Source: an uncultured bacterium
GTDB taxonomy: Bacteria > Patescibacteriota > Minisyncoccia > UBA6257 > 2-01-FULL-56-20
Length of the DNA stretch: 64,000 bases
NCBI GenBank assembly: GCA_963707865.1
Contig: OY970175.1
Span: forward strand, 694,028-758,027
Reading direction: 5' to 3'
Position numbers and translations under genes: made by a program. The notes below the pieces were generated by a model. It was not told the origin of the DNA. It saw only the letters and a program-made list of their open reading frames with translations, and made no database searches. Position 1 is the stretch's first letter, and each line of letters begins with the position of its first letter. This document shows, in pieces, positions 1 to 10,319 of the stretch.

Positions 1-206
1 CGAAGGTCGGGAAAATCGCCGCGGCGGGTGCGGCTATGGCCGTTGCGACCGTCCTCCTTTCTGCCGCTCAGCTGCATGTGGCTTTGAACATTATGATCTC
101 CGGCATTCTCTACTTTGTGATCCTTTTTATCACGCGAGAGCCGCTCCTCGCAGAGATACGAAAAATCATCGCTGTCGCAAAGCCGCCCGATGCTTCTTCG
201 GGGTAA
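1..206 (+). CDS. 3' end of a membrane protein gene running off the window (partial)
   Basis: Frame 3 is open from the window edge and ends at TAA 204-206. The translation is hydrophobic (...AMAVATVLLSAAQLHVALNIMISGILYFVILFITREPLL...). It sits at the edge of the glycan cluster. Function not identifiable. Confidence 0.3.
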   Translation, partial: KVGKIAAAGAAMAVATVLLSAAQLHVALNIMISGILYFVILFITREPLLAEIRKIIAVAKPPDASSG

Positions 207-232
207 GTTCCGCTATAAGCGAGCGTTGCCGC

Positions 233-1348
233 TCACAAAACATACTTCTCCATCTCCGCAGAAAATCTCTCTTTTGTAAAGCGTTTTGCCACCTCGGCCA
301 AAGCGTTTTCCGAAAACCGCCGATATTCTTCTTTGTCGGACAGAATCTCGCGTAGCGCGCCAGCCAAGGCCATCGTATTTCTCGTCGGTACTGTCCTTCC
401 CGTTATCCCATCTACGCTCACTTCCGGCACGCCAGTGGGAAGGTTGGTATTCACCACCGGTTTCCCGCATGCCAGAGCCTCAATCTGCACAATGCCAAAA
501 GCTTCAGAAGGTTCGCACGACGGAAGCGCGAATACATCGCAGGCATAGTAATACGGCACGAGATCGCGAACAGGATCAATGATGCGAACTTTTCCACCGA
601 GGCCGCTCACATCAATCTCGGTTTGTAGAACGCTCTTCAGGGGTCCCTTACCCACGATAACCAAGTTGGCCGGAACATCTTTCATCGCCCTCACGAGATA
701 AGAGAAACCTTTGTAATATACTAAGCGGCCCACGGAAAGCACGAGGGGCTTCCCGTATGTTTGTCGTATCTCCGCCGCTTTTCTTCGCATATCATCGGTC
801 ATTTTGAAACGCGCGGTATCAACGCCGAAATAAATCACCCTGCATTTTCCGGAAAAATCACGGAGCATCGCCGAAGTGCGGCCAAGCGCCTTATTGGAAA
901 CGAAAATATGATCCGCCCTGCAAAGCGCGAAATGGATGAATGGGGCGAACGGAATTTTCGCGAGTTTCTGCCGAATGATGTCAGAGTGATACCAAACGAT
1001 CACTTTCTTCTTCTGCCCAAAAAGCCGGTACGCGACGAACGCGAGCGGGAACGGATGATGCAGGATAATCACATCCGCATTCTTCGCCAATGTTCGGAAC
1101 AGGCGGAAAAAATCGAACGAGATTGGCATGCCAGACACCATCCCCCAGCTCCCCGCCCGATAGGTCAACACGCCGTTTATAGTATCAACCTGCCGCGTGC
1201 CGCGCAGCTGGCAGACAAGATTCGTCACGGAAACGCCATCTCTTCCGTTGAAATGTTCGGCGATGTCCCGCGCCACCGTTTCCACGCCGCCGATCCACGG
1301 ATAATATAGCTTATTGACCTGAAGGATCTTCATGATTATCGAACGCAA
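233..1348 (-). CDS. Glycosyltransferase, GT4 (group 1) family
   Basis: 371-aa ORF. The likely start is MKILQVNKLYYPWIGGVE at 1333. GT4 hallmarks are present: EAFGIVQIEALACGKPVV and the E-x7-E region. Confidence 0.8.
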   Translation of the reverse strand: MRSIIMKILQVNKLYYPWIGGVETVARDIAEHFNGRDGVSVTNLVCQLRGTRQVDTINGVLTYRAGSWGMVSGMPISFDFFRLFRTLAKNADVIILHHPFPLAFVAYRLFGQKKKVIVWYHSDIIRQKLAKIPFAPFIHFALCRADHIFVSNKALGRTSAMLRDFSGKCRVIYFGVDTARFKMTDDMRRKAAEIRQTYGKPLVLSVGRLVYYKGFSYLVRAMKDVPANLVIVGKGPLKSVLQTEIDVSGLGGKVRIIDPVRDLVPYYYACDVFALPSCEPSEAFGIVQIEALACGKPVVNTNLPTGVPEVSVDGITGRTVPTRNTMALAGALREILSDKEEYRRFSENALAEVAKRFTKERFSAEMEKYVL

Positions 1349-2097
1349 TATCTATAAATAATTCTCTGGATCCAATTGGGCACGATTTTCTTCCCTAAAA
1401 TTTTTATGGGCAGTGCCCTGTAACAAAGCCTTCTCCATAACGTCAGTTCGTGATAATCCTCTAGTATCCGCTCATATTCCTTGATGGCTGCGGCTGTCTT
1501 TTTATTTGACACGCCTTCGTTGTTGAAAACGGCAACCACCATCGGCGCTTCAAAAAAAGTTTTCCGCGCTTTTACGGCGAAAAGTACCTGTTCGTAGTCA
1601 GCGGCCAGATGATATCGAGTATCAAAAGGGTGATCTTTCAACAAGCTCGTCCTGGCAAAAAGGCTTTGGTGGTTGAATGGCATTTTCACTCGAAAATCGG
1701 CTATCGGCCTCGGACGCCTCACGACGGAAAACCCATGATAGCGAAACTGCGTAGCTCCGTACACAAGATCGTTCTCTTCCGTAAGATAGCGGGAGATTTT
1801 CCCCAAGACGTCTTTATCAACAAAAGAATCTCCCGCATTCATGAAGTTTATCCACTGACCGGAAGCTAAGCGAATTCCTTTGTTCATGGCATCGTAAATC
1901 CCTTCATCTTTTTGGGAAATGAAGATGATGGGAAATTTTTTCTGGTATTCCTTCACGACATCAATGGTTCCGTCAGTCGATCCGCCGTCCACGACGATAT
2001 ATTCCAAATCCTTATAGGTCTGAGAAATAACCGACGCCATGGTCCCCCCTATGTTCTCACGCGCGTTATAGCAAACCGTAACAACAGATATTTTCAT
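1336..2097 (-). CDS. Glycosyltransferase family 2
   Basis: The N-terminus is MKISVVTVCYNARENIGGTMASVISQTYKDLEYIVVDGGSTDGT, a typical GT2 (GT-A fold, DxD) signature. Confidence 0.8.
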   Translation of the reverse strand: MKISVVTVCYNARENIGGTMASVISQTYKDLEYIVVDGGSTDGTIDVVKEYQKKFPIIFISQKDEGIYDAMNKGIRLASGQWINFMNAGDSFVDKDVLGKISRYLTEENDLVYGATQFRYHGFSVVRRPRPIADFRVKMPFNHQSLFARTSLLKDHPFDTRYHLAADYEQVLFAVKARKTFFEAPMVVAVFNNEGVSNKKTAAAIKEYERILEDYHELTLWRRLCYRALPIKILGKKIVPNWIQRIIYRYCVR

Positions 2098-2100
2098 TGT

Positions 2101-3111
2101 TTAAAGTTTTTTTATCCAAACCAATTTCCCTTTTAAAAATTGCAGAAAAGAACAAAGCAAAAATTCCATGGTGATTTTTTTACTTTTTTCCGACCCTGTC
2201 TCTGCTATAAAATCAATCATCTTATTTTTGTCTTGCTCCCATCTTTTCCATCCATCAGAGACCGATATTTTGGAATTCCGCAGAACGTCAGCAAAATGAC
2301 TGAAGTCAATATAACGCCTCTTTGCATCAAATAAATAACCGTTACGTCCGTCTTGAATGTATTCATTCATGGTGCCTTCGTTATACGCGACGACAACCTT
2401 CCCCATAGCCATTGCCTCCAGAAAGCTCATTCCAATCCCTTCCTTTTTCCTCGGCGCAATAAAAACGTCGGCAGCGTCGAGAAGCCGGAGGTAATCCTCT
2501 CGAGAATCGGCCTCAGAATTTCTTACTATTTCCATTTTATACTTTTTAATATCTGCTTCCGAAATTACCTCTTCCTTAAAAAACGGATCCGGCGCAGATC
2601 GATAGACAAGACGATTCACGTCCTTCGTGTCCAAAATTCTTTTAAGGTCGGAGAATTTAATGCCGCCGCGATACCAAAAAAGGAAATTTAACTTCTTTGC
2701 CGACTCCGCGTTGCGAAAATTCGGAGGCAAGTAATATTGTAAAGGCAACACCTCGATGCCAAACGTTTTGCACTTCTTATATATAACATCCGAGAACGAT
2801 ACCACCCGTACAGGCAGGCGCGATAAGGAACTCCAGTAGATATCCCGCAGGGACACCCCGTCATACATTGGCGCCCATATTATTTTCGCCGTTATCTTCC
2901 TTAACTGCCATAGGGGCAAAATCGATTGCAAAAAAAATACACGCGCATAGGTATTGGTCAGATCCACTGACGGCCCCTTTCCGCCCCACCAAGTATCATC
3001 CCAAAAAATATCAACCTCAAAATGTTTCTGCAAAGTGCTCGTCACAAATTTTGTCGACTCTGTCTTTTTGTGGAAAGAATGATCAACAAAAAGAATTTTG
3101 GGCTCGCCCAT
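2101..3111 (-). CDS. Glycosyltransferase (GT1/GT4-like C-terminal domain)
   Basis: The C-terminal region EGIGMSFLEAMAMGKVVVAYNEGTMNEYIQDGRNGYLFD resembles the GT-B nucleotide-sugar binding domain. The N-terminal part is not assignable. Confidence 0.55.
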   Translation of the reverse strand: MGEPKILFVDHSFHKKTESTKFVTSTLQKHFEVDIFWDDTWWGGKGPSVDLTNTYARVFFLQSILPLWQLRKITAKIIWAPMYDGVSLRDIYWSSLSRLPVRVVSFSDVIYKKCKTFGIEVLPLQYYLPPNFRNAESAKKLNFLFWYRGGIKFSDLKRILDTKDVNRLVYRSAPDPFFKEEVISEADIKKYKMEIVRNSEADSREDYLRLLDAADVFIAPRKKEGIGMSFLEAMAMGKVVVAYNEGTMNEYIQDGRNGYLFDAKRRYIDFSHFADVLRNSKISVSDGWKRWEQDKNKMIDFIAETGSEKSKKITMEFLLCSFLQFLKGKLVWIKKL

Positions 3112-3119
3112 GTTCTTAT

Positions 3120-4212
3120 TTACTGGTGTTTCTTTTTAGAAAGAGAGGCTCCGATTAACTTATTAAGAATTTCCACGATTCTCAGTTCCCCTCCTTTGCC
3201 TCGATTTGATAGCATGTTGATCACGTCGTTCCTGTTGAACTGCGCCGGATTGACCTCTCGCAATGTTTTCCATAAATATTTTCCTAACGTCGAGGAGTCC
3301 AAGGTGTCTTCTTTTGCATTATATTTCAGCAACAACGGCAGTAAAAGACGCGGCGCCCAGATGCGCGATGCGAGCACCGAAAAATAGTAGAATCCGCTCT
3401 GGTAATGAATAAAGGGTATCCTCCGACCTTTATAAATCAAATGGCCTTCCTCATCGCTCGCAACCTTCGCCGCTGCCCGATTCGGCATATAGGCATCCAT
3501 CTGAAAAAAGCTCAATGGATTTTGGACATAATAGAAACCGCTCTTGACGATTGGGGGGGGCATTTTCCTGAAAAATTTTTCCGGAAGATATCAGATATTC
3601 AAGAAAATCCTGATCGCTCCCGAGAGGTTCCCGATAGAGCGAGGCGTTAAATTTCTCATGGTCATGAGCCCGGCACTCTTCTTTGGTTATGCCGCCGTTT
3701 TTTAAATATTCTTTTACGTTGCTGTTCAGTTTCCCTAGTTCGCGATCATAGGTCTCAAACCATCCCTTTCGGGAAATGGTAAGAAAACAAGGGCAATCAA
3801 GCGTCATGAAGGTGAGCCCCTTCGTTTTCTCCGCAAGTTCATTGAGGGAAATATAAAGCGCCATGTCGCTGTCAAGATGCCAAAATTGGCCCGCATCGTA
3901 TTTTTCCCGATAGTCCTTGAACGCTATCCAGCGCAGAAAGCAGTTTCTTTCATAGCGGCTGTAGTGCGCGTCTATATTCGGATATCTTCCGACAATGGCG
4001 CCGAATTCTTCCGTAAAATCGACAACGTCTATGCTCCTTTCGGACAGCTCCCGCAGATAGTTTTGCGAGAGGCTCTCAAAGCCCTCCAAAAGAAGCACCT
4101 TGATTCTTTCTTGGGAATGAAACCTCAAGAGGGAATCTCCAAGGGCCGTGAGAGGGATGTTTTCCTTAAATCGCCGCTCTCCCTTCAGGCACCACGCAGA
4201 GGTGTAAAACAT
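3120..4212 (-). pseudogene. Hypothetical glycan-cluster gene split by a frameshift at a G8/C8 homopolymer
   Basis: Two ORFs, 3451..4212 and 3120..3563, overlap by 113 nt in different frames. Both frames pass through the run of eight G at 3553-3560 (C8 on the coding strand). With seven C the frames fuse: ...FQENAPP-IVKSGFYYVQ... to give one protein of ~361 aa. Confidence 0.5.
3553..3560. repeat. G8 (C8 on coding strand) homopolymer tract at the frameshift point
   Basis: Seen directly: ttgggggggg cat at 3551-3563. Confidence 0.9.
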
Positions 4213-4282
4213 CGTTCATACTATCATGATATTTTTCCCTTTATAAAACAAGGGATTGGGGCGGCAGGGCGCGCAAGAACGC

Positions 4283-5659
4283 CTATTGCCGCCCTCGCAC
4301 GATCGCGAGGAGAGTGTCCATGTAATTCCCGGCATTATGATATTTTACCCAATTAAGCATGCATGCGTGTGCGCGCTTTTTTGCATCTTCTGAATTTTCC
4401 AGGTAAGAGAGCATCGCCCTCCCAAGAGACCCTTCGTCATCCAAGCGGAATAATACTCCTCCGCTCTTGTATTTCACAAACTCGCGTTCCATCCACGTAC
4501 CCACCGGGATAATCACTGATTTGCCGAAAGCCAGCGCTTCGCCGAAAATTCCCGATGTCTGCGCATGATAGCTTTCCGCGGTATAGGGAATCACGACGGC
4601 ATCCGCCCGCAGCAAAAGCCCGTAATATTCTTTCGTGTCCAATACCCGACCAATGATTTCCACCCCGCCCCCCATGGCAAGCAACTCCCTTTTCGCCTGC
4701 ATGACCCGCTCCCTCGGATACTTCAGGCAATTGGACTGAATCAAAAACCTTATCTGCCGGGATTTCCTGTTCGCGGTTACAAAATCGATCGCCGCAGGAA
4801 GCAAATGATATCCCTTCCTCTCGGCCGCATGTCCGATGTAAACAAAGGTTTTCGCATTCGTCGGCGATGCCGGCGCCTTGCGAGGCAGAACGGGGGTGTT
4901 CGGCATGGGCAGGACATGAACCTTGCGCCGGGCCATGGTTCTATACTCTTCCTCCAAGACATCGCTGTCGGTCGTAAAAAAAATCTTTCCGCTGCCCGGC
5001 AACCGCTCCAAAAGCTTTATCAAAAATTTGTAGAAATAGTACGATGGCATAGGCTTTTTAGGATGGCCATACTGCATCGTGGCATACCGAAACAGCAGCA
5101 CCAGCCAGGGCCGCTCGGCCAGCGCGAATGAGCGATACCAGAGATACAGCGCGACGAGCGAGGTCTGGCTCAAGGTATGGACCAGCACGATGTCATCGCT
5201 TGCAAAAGGCCCCTTGCCGACTTTTTTTAAATCGCTCAAAAACGACCGGTTCCCCGCAATCGCATCGAGGGCTCCGTTCAAATGCAAGAACTTATTTGCC
5301 AATTGGGGGATGCGCACCGACGAATAATATTCGCGCGGATCAATGGAAAACGCAGGAACGATGTTGAACTTTGTTCTTACTGCTTCGTCGTCCACGGGCG
5401 TACAATAAATGCTCGCTTCGTTTCCCCGCCCAACCCATTCTTCATATACCGACCTGGTGTATTCAAAATGATGTCCCACCTTGCTCGCGAATCCGTTGTC
5501 GAGAATATGGAGTTTCATGCTAGTGTTCTTTTGAGGAAAGGCTTCCTTTTGCGATCGCGATGGCCATTTGAAGTCCCTGCTCCAGTGAAATCTTTGGCTG
5601 CCATCCAAGGCACTTGACCGATGGTTCACTGAAGGGCGGCGGACCTTCTTTATCGCCAA
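4283..5659 (-). CDS. Glycosyltransferase, GT4 family
   Basis: The likely start is MKLHILDNGF at 5518, abutting the upstream gene end. The C-terminal GT4 motifs are ...ESYHAQTSGIFGEALAFGKSVIIP... Confidence 0.75.
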   Translation of the reverse strand: MAIKKVRRPSVNHRSSALDGSQRFHWSRDFKWPSRSQKEAFPQKNTSMKLHILDNGFASKVGHHFEYTRSVYEEWVGRGNEASIYCTPVDDEAVRTKFNIVPAFSIDPREYYSSVRIPQLANKFLHLNGALDAIAGNRSFLSDLKKVGKGPFASDDIVLVHTLSQTSLVALYLWYRSFALAERPWLVLLFRYATMQYGHPKKPMPSYYFYKFLIKLLERLPGSGKIFFTTDSDVLEEEYRTMARRKVHVLPMPNTPVLPRKAPASPTNAKTFVYIGHAAERKGYHLLPAAIDFVTANRKSRQIRFLIQSNCLKYPRERVMQAKRELLAMGGGVEIIGRVLDTKEYYGLLLRADAVVIPYTAESYHAQTSGIFGEALAFGKSVIIPVGTWMEREFVKYKSGGVLFRLDDEGSLGRAMLSYLENSEDAKKRAHACMLNWVKYHNAGNYMDTLLAIVRGRQ

Positions 5660-6338
5660 GCATAAAAGGGACGCGGCATTGTTCGCTGATAATCCGAACT
5701 ACTTCGCGCAACGGCGTCCATTGCCAACTCGTAATATCTGCATAGGGCTGCTCACCTTCAAACTGACGAAGAAGTCCCTCCGCGCAGTCACTCACATATA
5801 AGAATTGGCGTAGTTCATCGCCGTTTGTCCCGCAGACAATCTTCTTATTGATAAGCGCTTGATATACCAAATCGGTCACCACATGGCTCTTTTCGCCTAT
5901 TCCTTCCCATCCATAGACGTTCCAGAACTTCGCGGTCAACCCCCCGAGGTTTTTCGCGTAAATCTCCCCCACTGCTTTGGAAACCCTATAAGGAGTATGT
6001 GAACCGACGTTTTGGGAGGCGGTGATTTGAGAGGTCGTAAAGAGGAACGGTTTTTTTGTTTTTTCGAGAACGGCAAAAACGGACTCGCAAAGCCCCATGC
6101 TCCTCTTCAAAGCTTCGATTTGTTCTTCAGGGGAAGTATGGTTCTTCCACGCGGGAACATGCCATGCAAGGAACCAAACGCGGTCTGCCCACCGGAACGC
6201 CTCTTCAAATTGTTCGGCATGTTCAAGATTCTCGCCATTGCTCCGGTCTAAACTTCGCACAGCGTTGCCGCGCGACCGGAGCAAAGCCGCAAGACTCCTT
6301 CCGATAAAACCTTTGCCGCCGAGCACGAGATCGTTCAT
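5520..6338 (-). CDS. NAD(P)-dependent sugar oxidoreductase, RmlD-like (dTDP-4-dehydrorhamnose reductase family)
   Basis: N-terminal Rossmann fold LVLGGKGFIGRSL. A YxxxK catalytic motif is present (TPYRVSKAVGEIY). It is 272 aa and adjacent to RmlC. The specific substrate is inferred only. Confidence 0.55.
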   Translation of the reverse strand: MNDLVLGGKGFIGRSLAALLRSRGNAVRSLDRSNGENLEHAEQFEEAFRWADRVWFLAWHVPAWKNHTSPEEQIEALKRSMGLCESVFAVLEKTKKPFLFTTSQITASQNVGSHTPYRVSKAVGEIYAKNLGGLTAKFWNVYGWEGIGEKSHVVTDLVYQALINKKIVCGTNGDELRQFLYVSDCAEGLLRQFEGEQPYADITSWQWTPLREVVRIISEQCRVPFMLGDKEGPPPFSEPSVKCLGWQPKISLEQGLQMAIAIAKGSLSSKEH

Positions 6339-6402
6339 GTCGGCGTTACAGATTGGTTTTGTTCCAGATAGACCGCGTAGTACACCTCGACGAATAATAT
6401 TT

Positions 6403-6948
6403 TCATTCGGTTCCTATGTATTTTGCGGCGGCGTCGCGCGGAGCTAAAATAGGATTTTTTATCGGCCAATTGATGCCGAACTTCGGGTCATCCCACCGGT
6501 AGGTAAATTGCCCCTTGGGACGATAATGCATGGATTGCTTATATTGGAAAACAGTCTTGTCGGTGAGCGCAAGATATGCAATGCCATACATTGGCGGCAC
6601 CAAAACGCGCGCATGATTCTCGCCGTTCAGGTCAAAGAATTCCCACTCGCCGAAGGCGGCGGATTTCTTATCGCAATTGACGACCACGAAAAATACCTTT
6701 CCCTGAAGGCACGAAACCAGTTTCCATGTTTCATGGTCCCCATGGATCCCGCGGAGCGCGTTCTTTGTCGTTACCGAAATATCGTCCTCAACAAAATGGA
6801 CATCTATCCCGTAGCTTTTATACTTTTCGTCATTATACGTTTCAAGGAACATGCCCCTCGCGTCATTGAACAATTCTCCCCGCCCATTCGAAAACGATTC
6901 GGGCCTGATGAACAATACTCCCTCCAGTTTTGTTTTCTCTACTTTCAT
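6403..6948 (-). CDS. rfbC: dTDP-4-dehydrorhamnose 3,5-epimerase (RmlC family)
   Basis: 181 aa with the cupin fold. LRGIHGDHETWKLVSCLQGKVFFVVVN matches the RmlC active-site region (RGLHxQ / K..V.G motifs). Confidence 0.8.
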   Translation of the reverse strand: MKVEKTKLEGVLFIRPESFSNGRGELFNDARGMFLETYNDEKYKSYGIDVHFVEDDISVTTKNALRGIHGDHETWKLVSCLQGKVFFVVVNCDKKSAAFGEWEFFDLNGENHARVLVPPMYGIAYLALTDKTVFQYKQSMHYRPKGQFTYRWDDPKFGINWPIKNPILAPRDAAAKYIGTE

Positions 6949-6990
6949 ATGCCATTACGAAATGCTCCGGAACCCATCCGGCCCGTTTTG

Positions 6991-7935
6991 CTAGGCATTC
7001 GCATATGGGCTCGTGATTTCTAAAGCCTGAACTGCCTTGATAAGCTCATCAATCCCTTCCTCTATCGAAATGGAAGTCCTGAAGCCGGTCTTATTCAGCT
7101 TGTCATACGATACCGCGTAATCTCTTTGATCAATGTCGTGGCCGATGTCCGCAAAGTGAAGATAATAATCTATTTTCTTCTTAAGGATGAGGCAAATATC
7201 CTCCTTGCTGTAATTCATGGAATCATCGCCGACGTTGTAAATTTCCCCTTTCATTGTCTCGTAATGCTCCATGGCGAAGAGAAACGCCCGCGCCATATCG
7301 CGCACGTGGATGAAAGTGCGCATGAAACTTTTCTCGTACACGATCAAGCTTTTATCCCTGACAGCGCGGTAAGTAAAATCGTTGGGCAAAAGATCCAATC
7401 GCATCCTCGGCGAAACCCCGAATGCGGTGGCGAACCGATAAATGACGAATTCCTTATTGCTTTTTATGGTGTCTTCAGCCTCCGCTTTTTGTTTGCCATA
7501 ATCACTCAGGGGATTTAAGGGGGAGGTCTCGGTGCAGAAATCCTGGATAATCTTTCCATACGTACTCCCGGTTGAAGCGAAGATGATTGGGGTGCGGCCG
7601 CCTAATATCTTCACCAAATTCATGGTGCCGTTCACGTTGATATCCCGGGAAAGTTCGGGGTTCTTGCGGCAAGCCGGAAATCCGACAATGGCAGCCAGAT
7701 GGATGACGGCGTCGGCACCGTCCACCGCTTTCGAGACATCTTCTTTGGAACGCACGTCTCCTTTTATAAAATCAAAATTCTTGTCGGCAAAAAACGGCAT
7801 CAGAACGTCGCCGCCGAAATGAAGGGCGTCCAAAACCCTGACGCGATACCCTTTTCCCAACAACGCCCCGACTAACGTCGTGCCCACATATCCGGCTCCG
7901 CCAGTGACCAAAACAGTTCTGAATCTTTTATCCAT
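6991..7935 (-). CDS. NAD-dependent epimerase/dehydratase (extended SDR)
   Basis: The N-terminus is VLVTGGAGYVGTTLVGALL (GxxGxxG). A YxxxK motif is present (SDYGKQKAEAE). 314 aa. Confidence 0.75.
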   Translation of the reverse strand: MDKRFRTVLVTGGAGYVGTTLVGALLGKGYRVRVLDALHFGGDVLMPFFADKNFDFIKGDVRSKEDVSKAVDGADAVIHLAAIVGFPACRKNPELSRDINVNGTMNLVKILGGRTPIIFASTGSTYGKIIQDFCTETSPLNPLSDYGKQKAEAEDTIKSNKEFVIYRFATAFGVSPRMRLDLLPNDFTYRAVRDKSLIVYEKSFMRTFIHVRDMARAFLFAMEHYETMKGEIYNVGDDSMNYSKEDICLILKKKIDYYLHFADIGHDIDQRDYAVSYDKLNKTGFRTSISIEEGIDELIKAVQALEITSPYANA

Positions 7936-7940
7936 GGTAT

Positions 7941-9197
7941 CTATAGTACTCTAGCACGCGGGATGGGAACTATAAACTTCCCGCCGCGCTCTCTATAATC
8001 CTTTTCTCTCTCTAAAATAGAGTCAAAATAATTCCAGATAAGCAATAAATAAAGATCGGGTGGCCCGTCTTTTTTGATTATCTCGTCGGAAACTATGGGG
8101 ATGTGCATCCCAGGCGTAAGCTTGCCGAACTTAAATGGGGTTTTCTCAATGCAATACTCAACCAGATCCGGCCCTATTCCGCAGAAATTGAGAAGGGTGT
8201 TTCCTTTCGCGGGAGCACCGTAGCCGACGATTCTCTTTCCGTTCCGCTTGTTTTCGTTAAGGATTTCGAGAAGCCCCTTCTTTATCTCCAAAACCTTTTT
8301 CGCAAAATCGTCGTAAATCCCGACACCCTGCAACCCTTCCTTTACTTCCATCGCGGCCAGCTTCGCCGGCATTTCCGTCACTGGATGCGCGCCGTTTTCC
8401 ACATGGGTAGCGTAACACCGGAGTGAACCGCCTTGTGTCGCGACCCGTTCGACGTCAAATATTTTCATGCCACACTTTTCCATAAGAACGCTGAGCGGGC
8501 GAATGGTAAAGAACGATAAGTGCTCGTGGTAAATATTGTCGAATTCGGTATTTCTAATGAGTTCAAGACCGTACTGCACTTCAAAAACGAAAACTCCGTC
8601 GGCATCCAAGATATTCTTTACGCCCATTACGAAATCCAACGGCTCGTCGACGTGGGCCAGTACGTTATTAGCGGAAACGATCCCCGCGCGGCCATACTGC
8701 TTCTGAAGCGTACGGGACAACGCCTCGGAGAAAAAATCCCCGACCACATTGATCCCCCGCGCACGGCAAACATCCGCAACGTTCGTTGCGGGTTCCACTC
8801 CCAAAACGGTAAAGCCGAGCTTTTTCATTGGAGTAAGGAGCGCGCCGTCGTTGCTTGCTATCTCAATGACAAGTTTATTGGCCGCGCGCCCAAATCTCCG
8901 GTGAATTTCCTCCGCATACTGTTCAAAATGCTTCACAAGCGAGGGGGCGGCCGAAGAAAAAAGCGCATATTCCTCCGGGAACAATAAGCGGGGATTCACC
9001 ACGTCCAAAATCTGTATGTGATCGCACCGACGGCACACCCCAATGCGCAAGGGAAACCGAAGTTCTTCTTTATTCTTCACCTCATCCGTGGAGACAAAAG
9101 CGTCTGCCAGAGGAGTGCTCCCCAGGTCCAAGAAACAATGGAGGTCCGCGCTGCCACAAATGCGGCACGAAGCTCGCGTGTAATAATTCTCGGTCAT
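7941..9197 (-). CDS. NDP-sugar C-methyltransferase (TylCIII/TcaB9-like class I SAM MTase with N-terminal Zn ribbon)
   Basis: An N-terminal CRICGS...C(x2)C zinc ribbon is followed by a class I SAM MTase core (LVIEIASNDGALL) and a C-terminal C-methyltransferase domain. The architecture matches sugar 3-C-methyltransferases. Confidence 0.65.
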   Translation of the reverse strand: MTENYYTRASCRICGSADLHCFLDLGSTPLADAFVSTDEVKNKEELRFPLRIGVCRRCDHIQILDVVNPRLLFPEEYALFSSAAPSLVKHFEQYAEEIHRRFGRAANKLVIEIASNDGALLTPMKKLGFTVLGVEPATNVADVCRARGINVVGDFFSEALSRTLQKQYGRAGIVSANNVLAHVDEPLDFVMGVKNILDADGVFVFEVQYGLELIRNTEFDNIYHEHLSFFTIRPLSVLMEKCGMKIFDVERVATQGGSLRCYATHVENGAHPVTEMPAKLAAMEVKEGLQGVGIYDDFAKKVLEIKKGLLEILNENKRNGKRIVGYGAPAKGNTLLNFCGIGPDLVEYCIEKTPFKFGKLTPGMHIPIVSDEIIKKDGPPDLYLLLIWNYFDSILEREKDYRERGGKFIVPIPRARVL

Positions 9198-9227
9198 GTC
9201 TTGCTGGATATTATCTTCGCCTTTTCA

Positions 9228-10202
9228 CTAGGCACGTTGATTGATCCGCTCCTTAATCCATGCATAGGTCAAAGCCAGTCCGTCCTCAAGCTTCGCGGCA
9301 GGTGCCCAGCCGAGTTTCTCCTTGATAAGGCGATTGTCTGAATTTCTCCCGCGGACACCCAGGGGGCCAGTGATATGTTTTATGGAGAGCTTCTTATTTT
9401 CAATTCTCATAATCATTCCCGCCAGCTGATTGATAGTTACCATTTCCTCCGAGCCGATGTTCACCGGTCCGGCGAATTCCGACTGCATCAAACGCCGTAT
9501 GCCCTCAACGCATTCATCAATGTAAAGAAAGGAACGGGTCTGTTCGCCGTCGCCCCATATCTCGATCTTGCCGCCGTCCGGCGTTTCGGCAACTTTGCGG
9601 CACAACGCTGCAGGCACCTTTTCCCGTCCACCCGTCCATGTCCCCTCGGGACCGAAGATATTATGGAATCGCGCAATGTGGACGTCGATGCCGTAATTTC
9701 TTTTGAACGCGAGGTAAACATGCTCACTGAAAAGCTTTTCCCATCCGTATTCGCTGTCCGGCGCGGCGGGATAGGCGGAATCCTCGGAACATTTCGGATT
9801 CTTCGGATCTTCTTGATTGTAGGCGGGGTACATGCAAGCCGAGGAAGAATAAAATATCTTTTTCAGATTGCCGCTCTTCTGGCCGAAGTGAAGAACGTTT
9901 AAATTGATCGTCGCGGAATTGTGAAGGATGTCGGCATCGTGGTCTCCCGTAAAGACGAACCCCGCGCCGCCCATGTCGGCGGCGAGCTGGTAACCCTCAT
10001 CGTACGGCTCGCTGAAAAGTTTTTCCACGACCGCCTGGTCGCGCAAATCGCCAATCACAAAATCATCCGCAGCCGTCGCACTAAATTCCGGATATTTCAA
10101 ATCGTCGCCGCGCACCCAATAGCCTTCCTTTTTTAACCTTTTCACCAGATGGCTGCCGATGAACCCGCCTGCCCCGCAGACCAAAGCCCTTTTGTTATTC
10201 AT
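9228..10202 (-). CDS. NAD-dependent epimerase/dehydratase (extended SDR; GDP-fucose-synthase / UDP-glucuronate-decarboxylase-like)
   Basis: N-terminus ALVCGAGGFIGSHLVKRL. A YxxxK motif is present (SAYPAAPDSEYGWEK). 324 aa. Confidence 0.75.
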   Translation of the reverse strand: MNNKRALVCGAGGFIGSHLVKRLKKEGYWVRGDDLKYPEFSATAADDFVIGDLRDQAVVEKLFSEPYDEGYQLAADMGGAGFVFTGDHDADILHNSATINLNVLHFGQKSGNLKKIFYSSSACMYPAYNQEDPKNPKCSEDSAYPAAPDSEYGWEKLFSEHVYLAFKRNYGIDVHIARFHNIFGPEGTWTGGREKVPAALCRKVAETPDGGKIEIWGDGEQTRSFLYIDECVEGIRRLMQSEFAGPVNIGSEEMVTINQLAGMIMRIENKKLSIKHITGPLGVRGRNSDNRLIKEKLGWAPAAKLEDGLALTYAWIKERINQRA

Positions 10203-10319
10203 GGTTGGCTTGAATGTTCCTAATCTTAGGGTAACCTTTATTGAATTCTTACCCGCCGACGTACCGACGCTTTTATTTTGATATAGCAGGCACTCATGTC
10301 TCCGCGGCGTTGCAGTTCT

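Noticed and set aside
3120-4212. Treating 3120..3563 and 3451..4212 as two independent overlapping genes
   Set aside because: The 113-nt out-of-frame overlap passes exactly through a G8 tract, and a 1-nt change fuses them. A single frameshifted gene is the more parsimonious reading.
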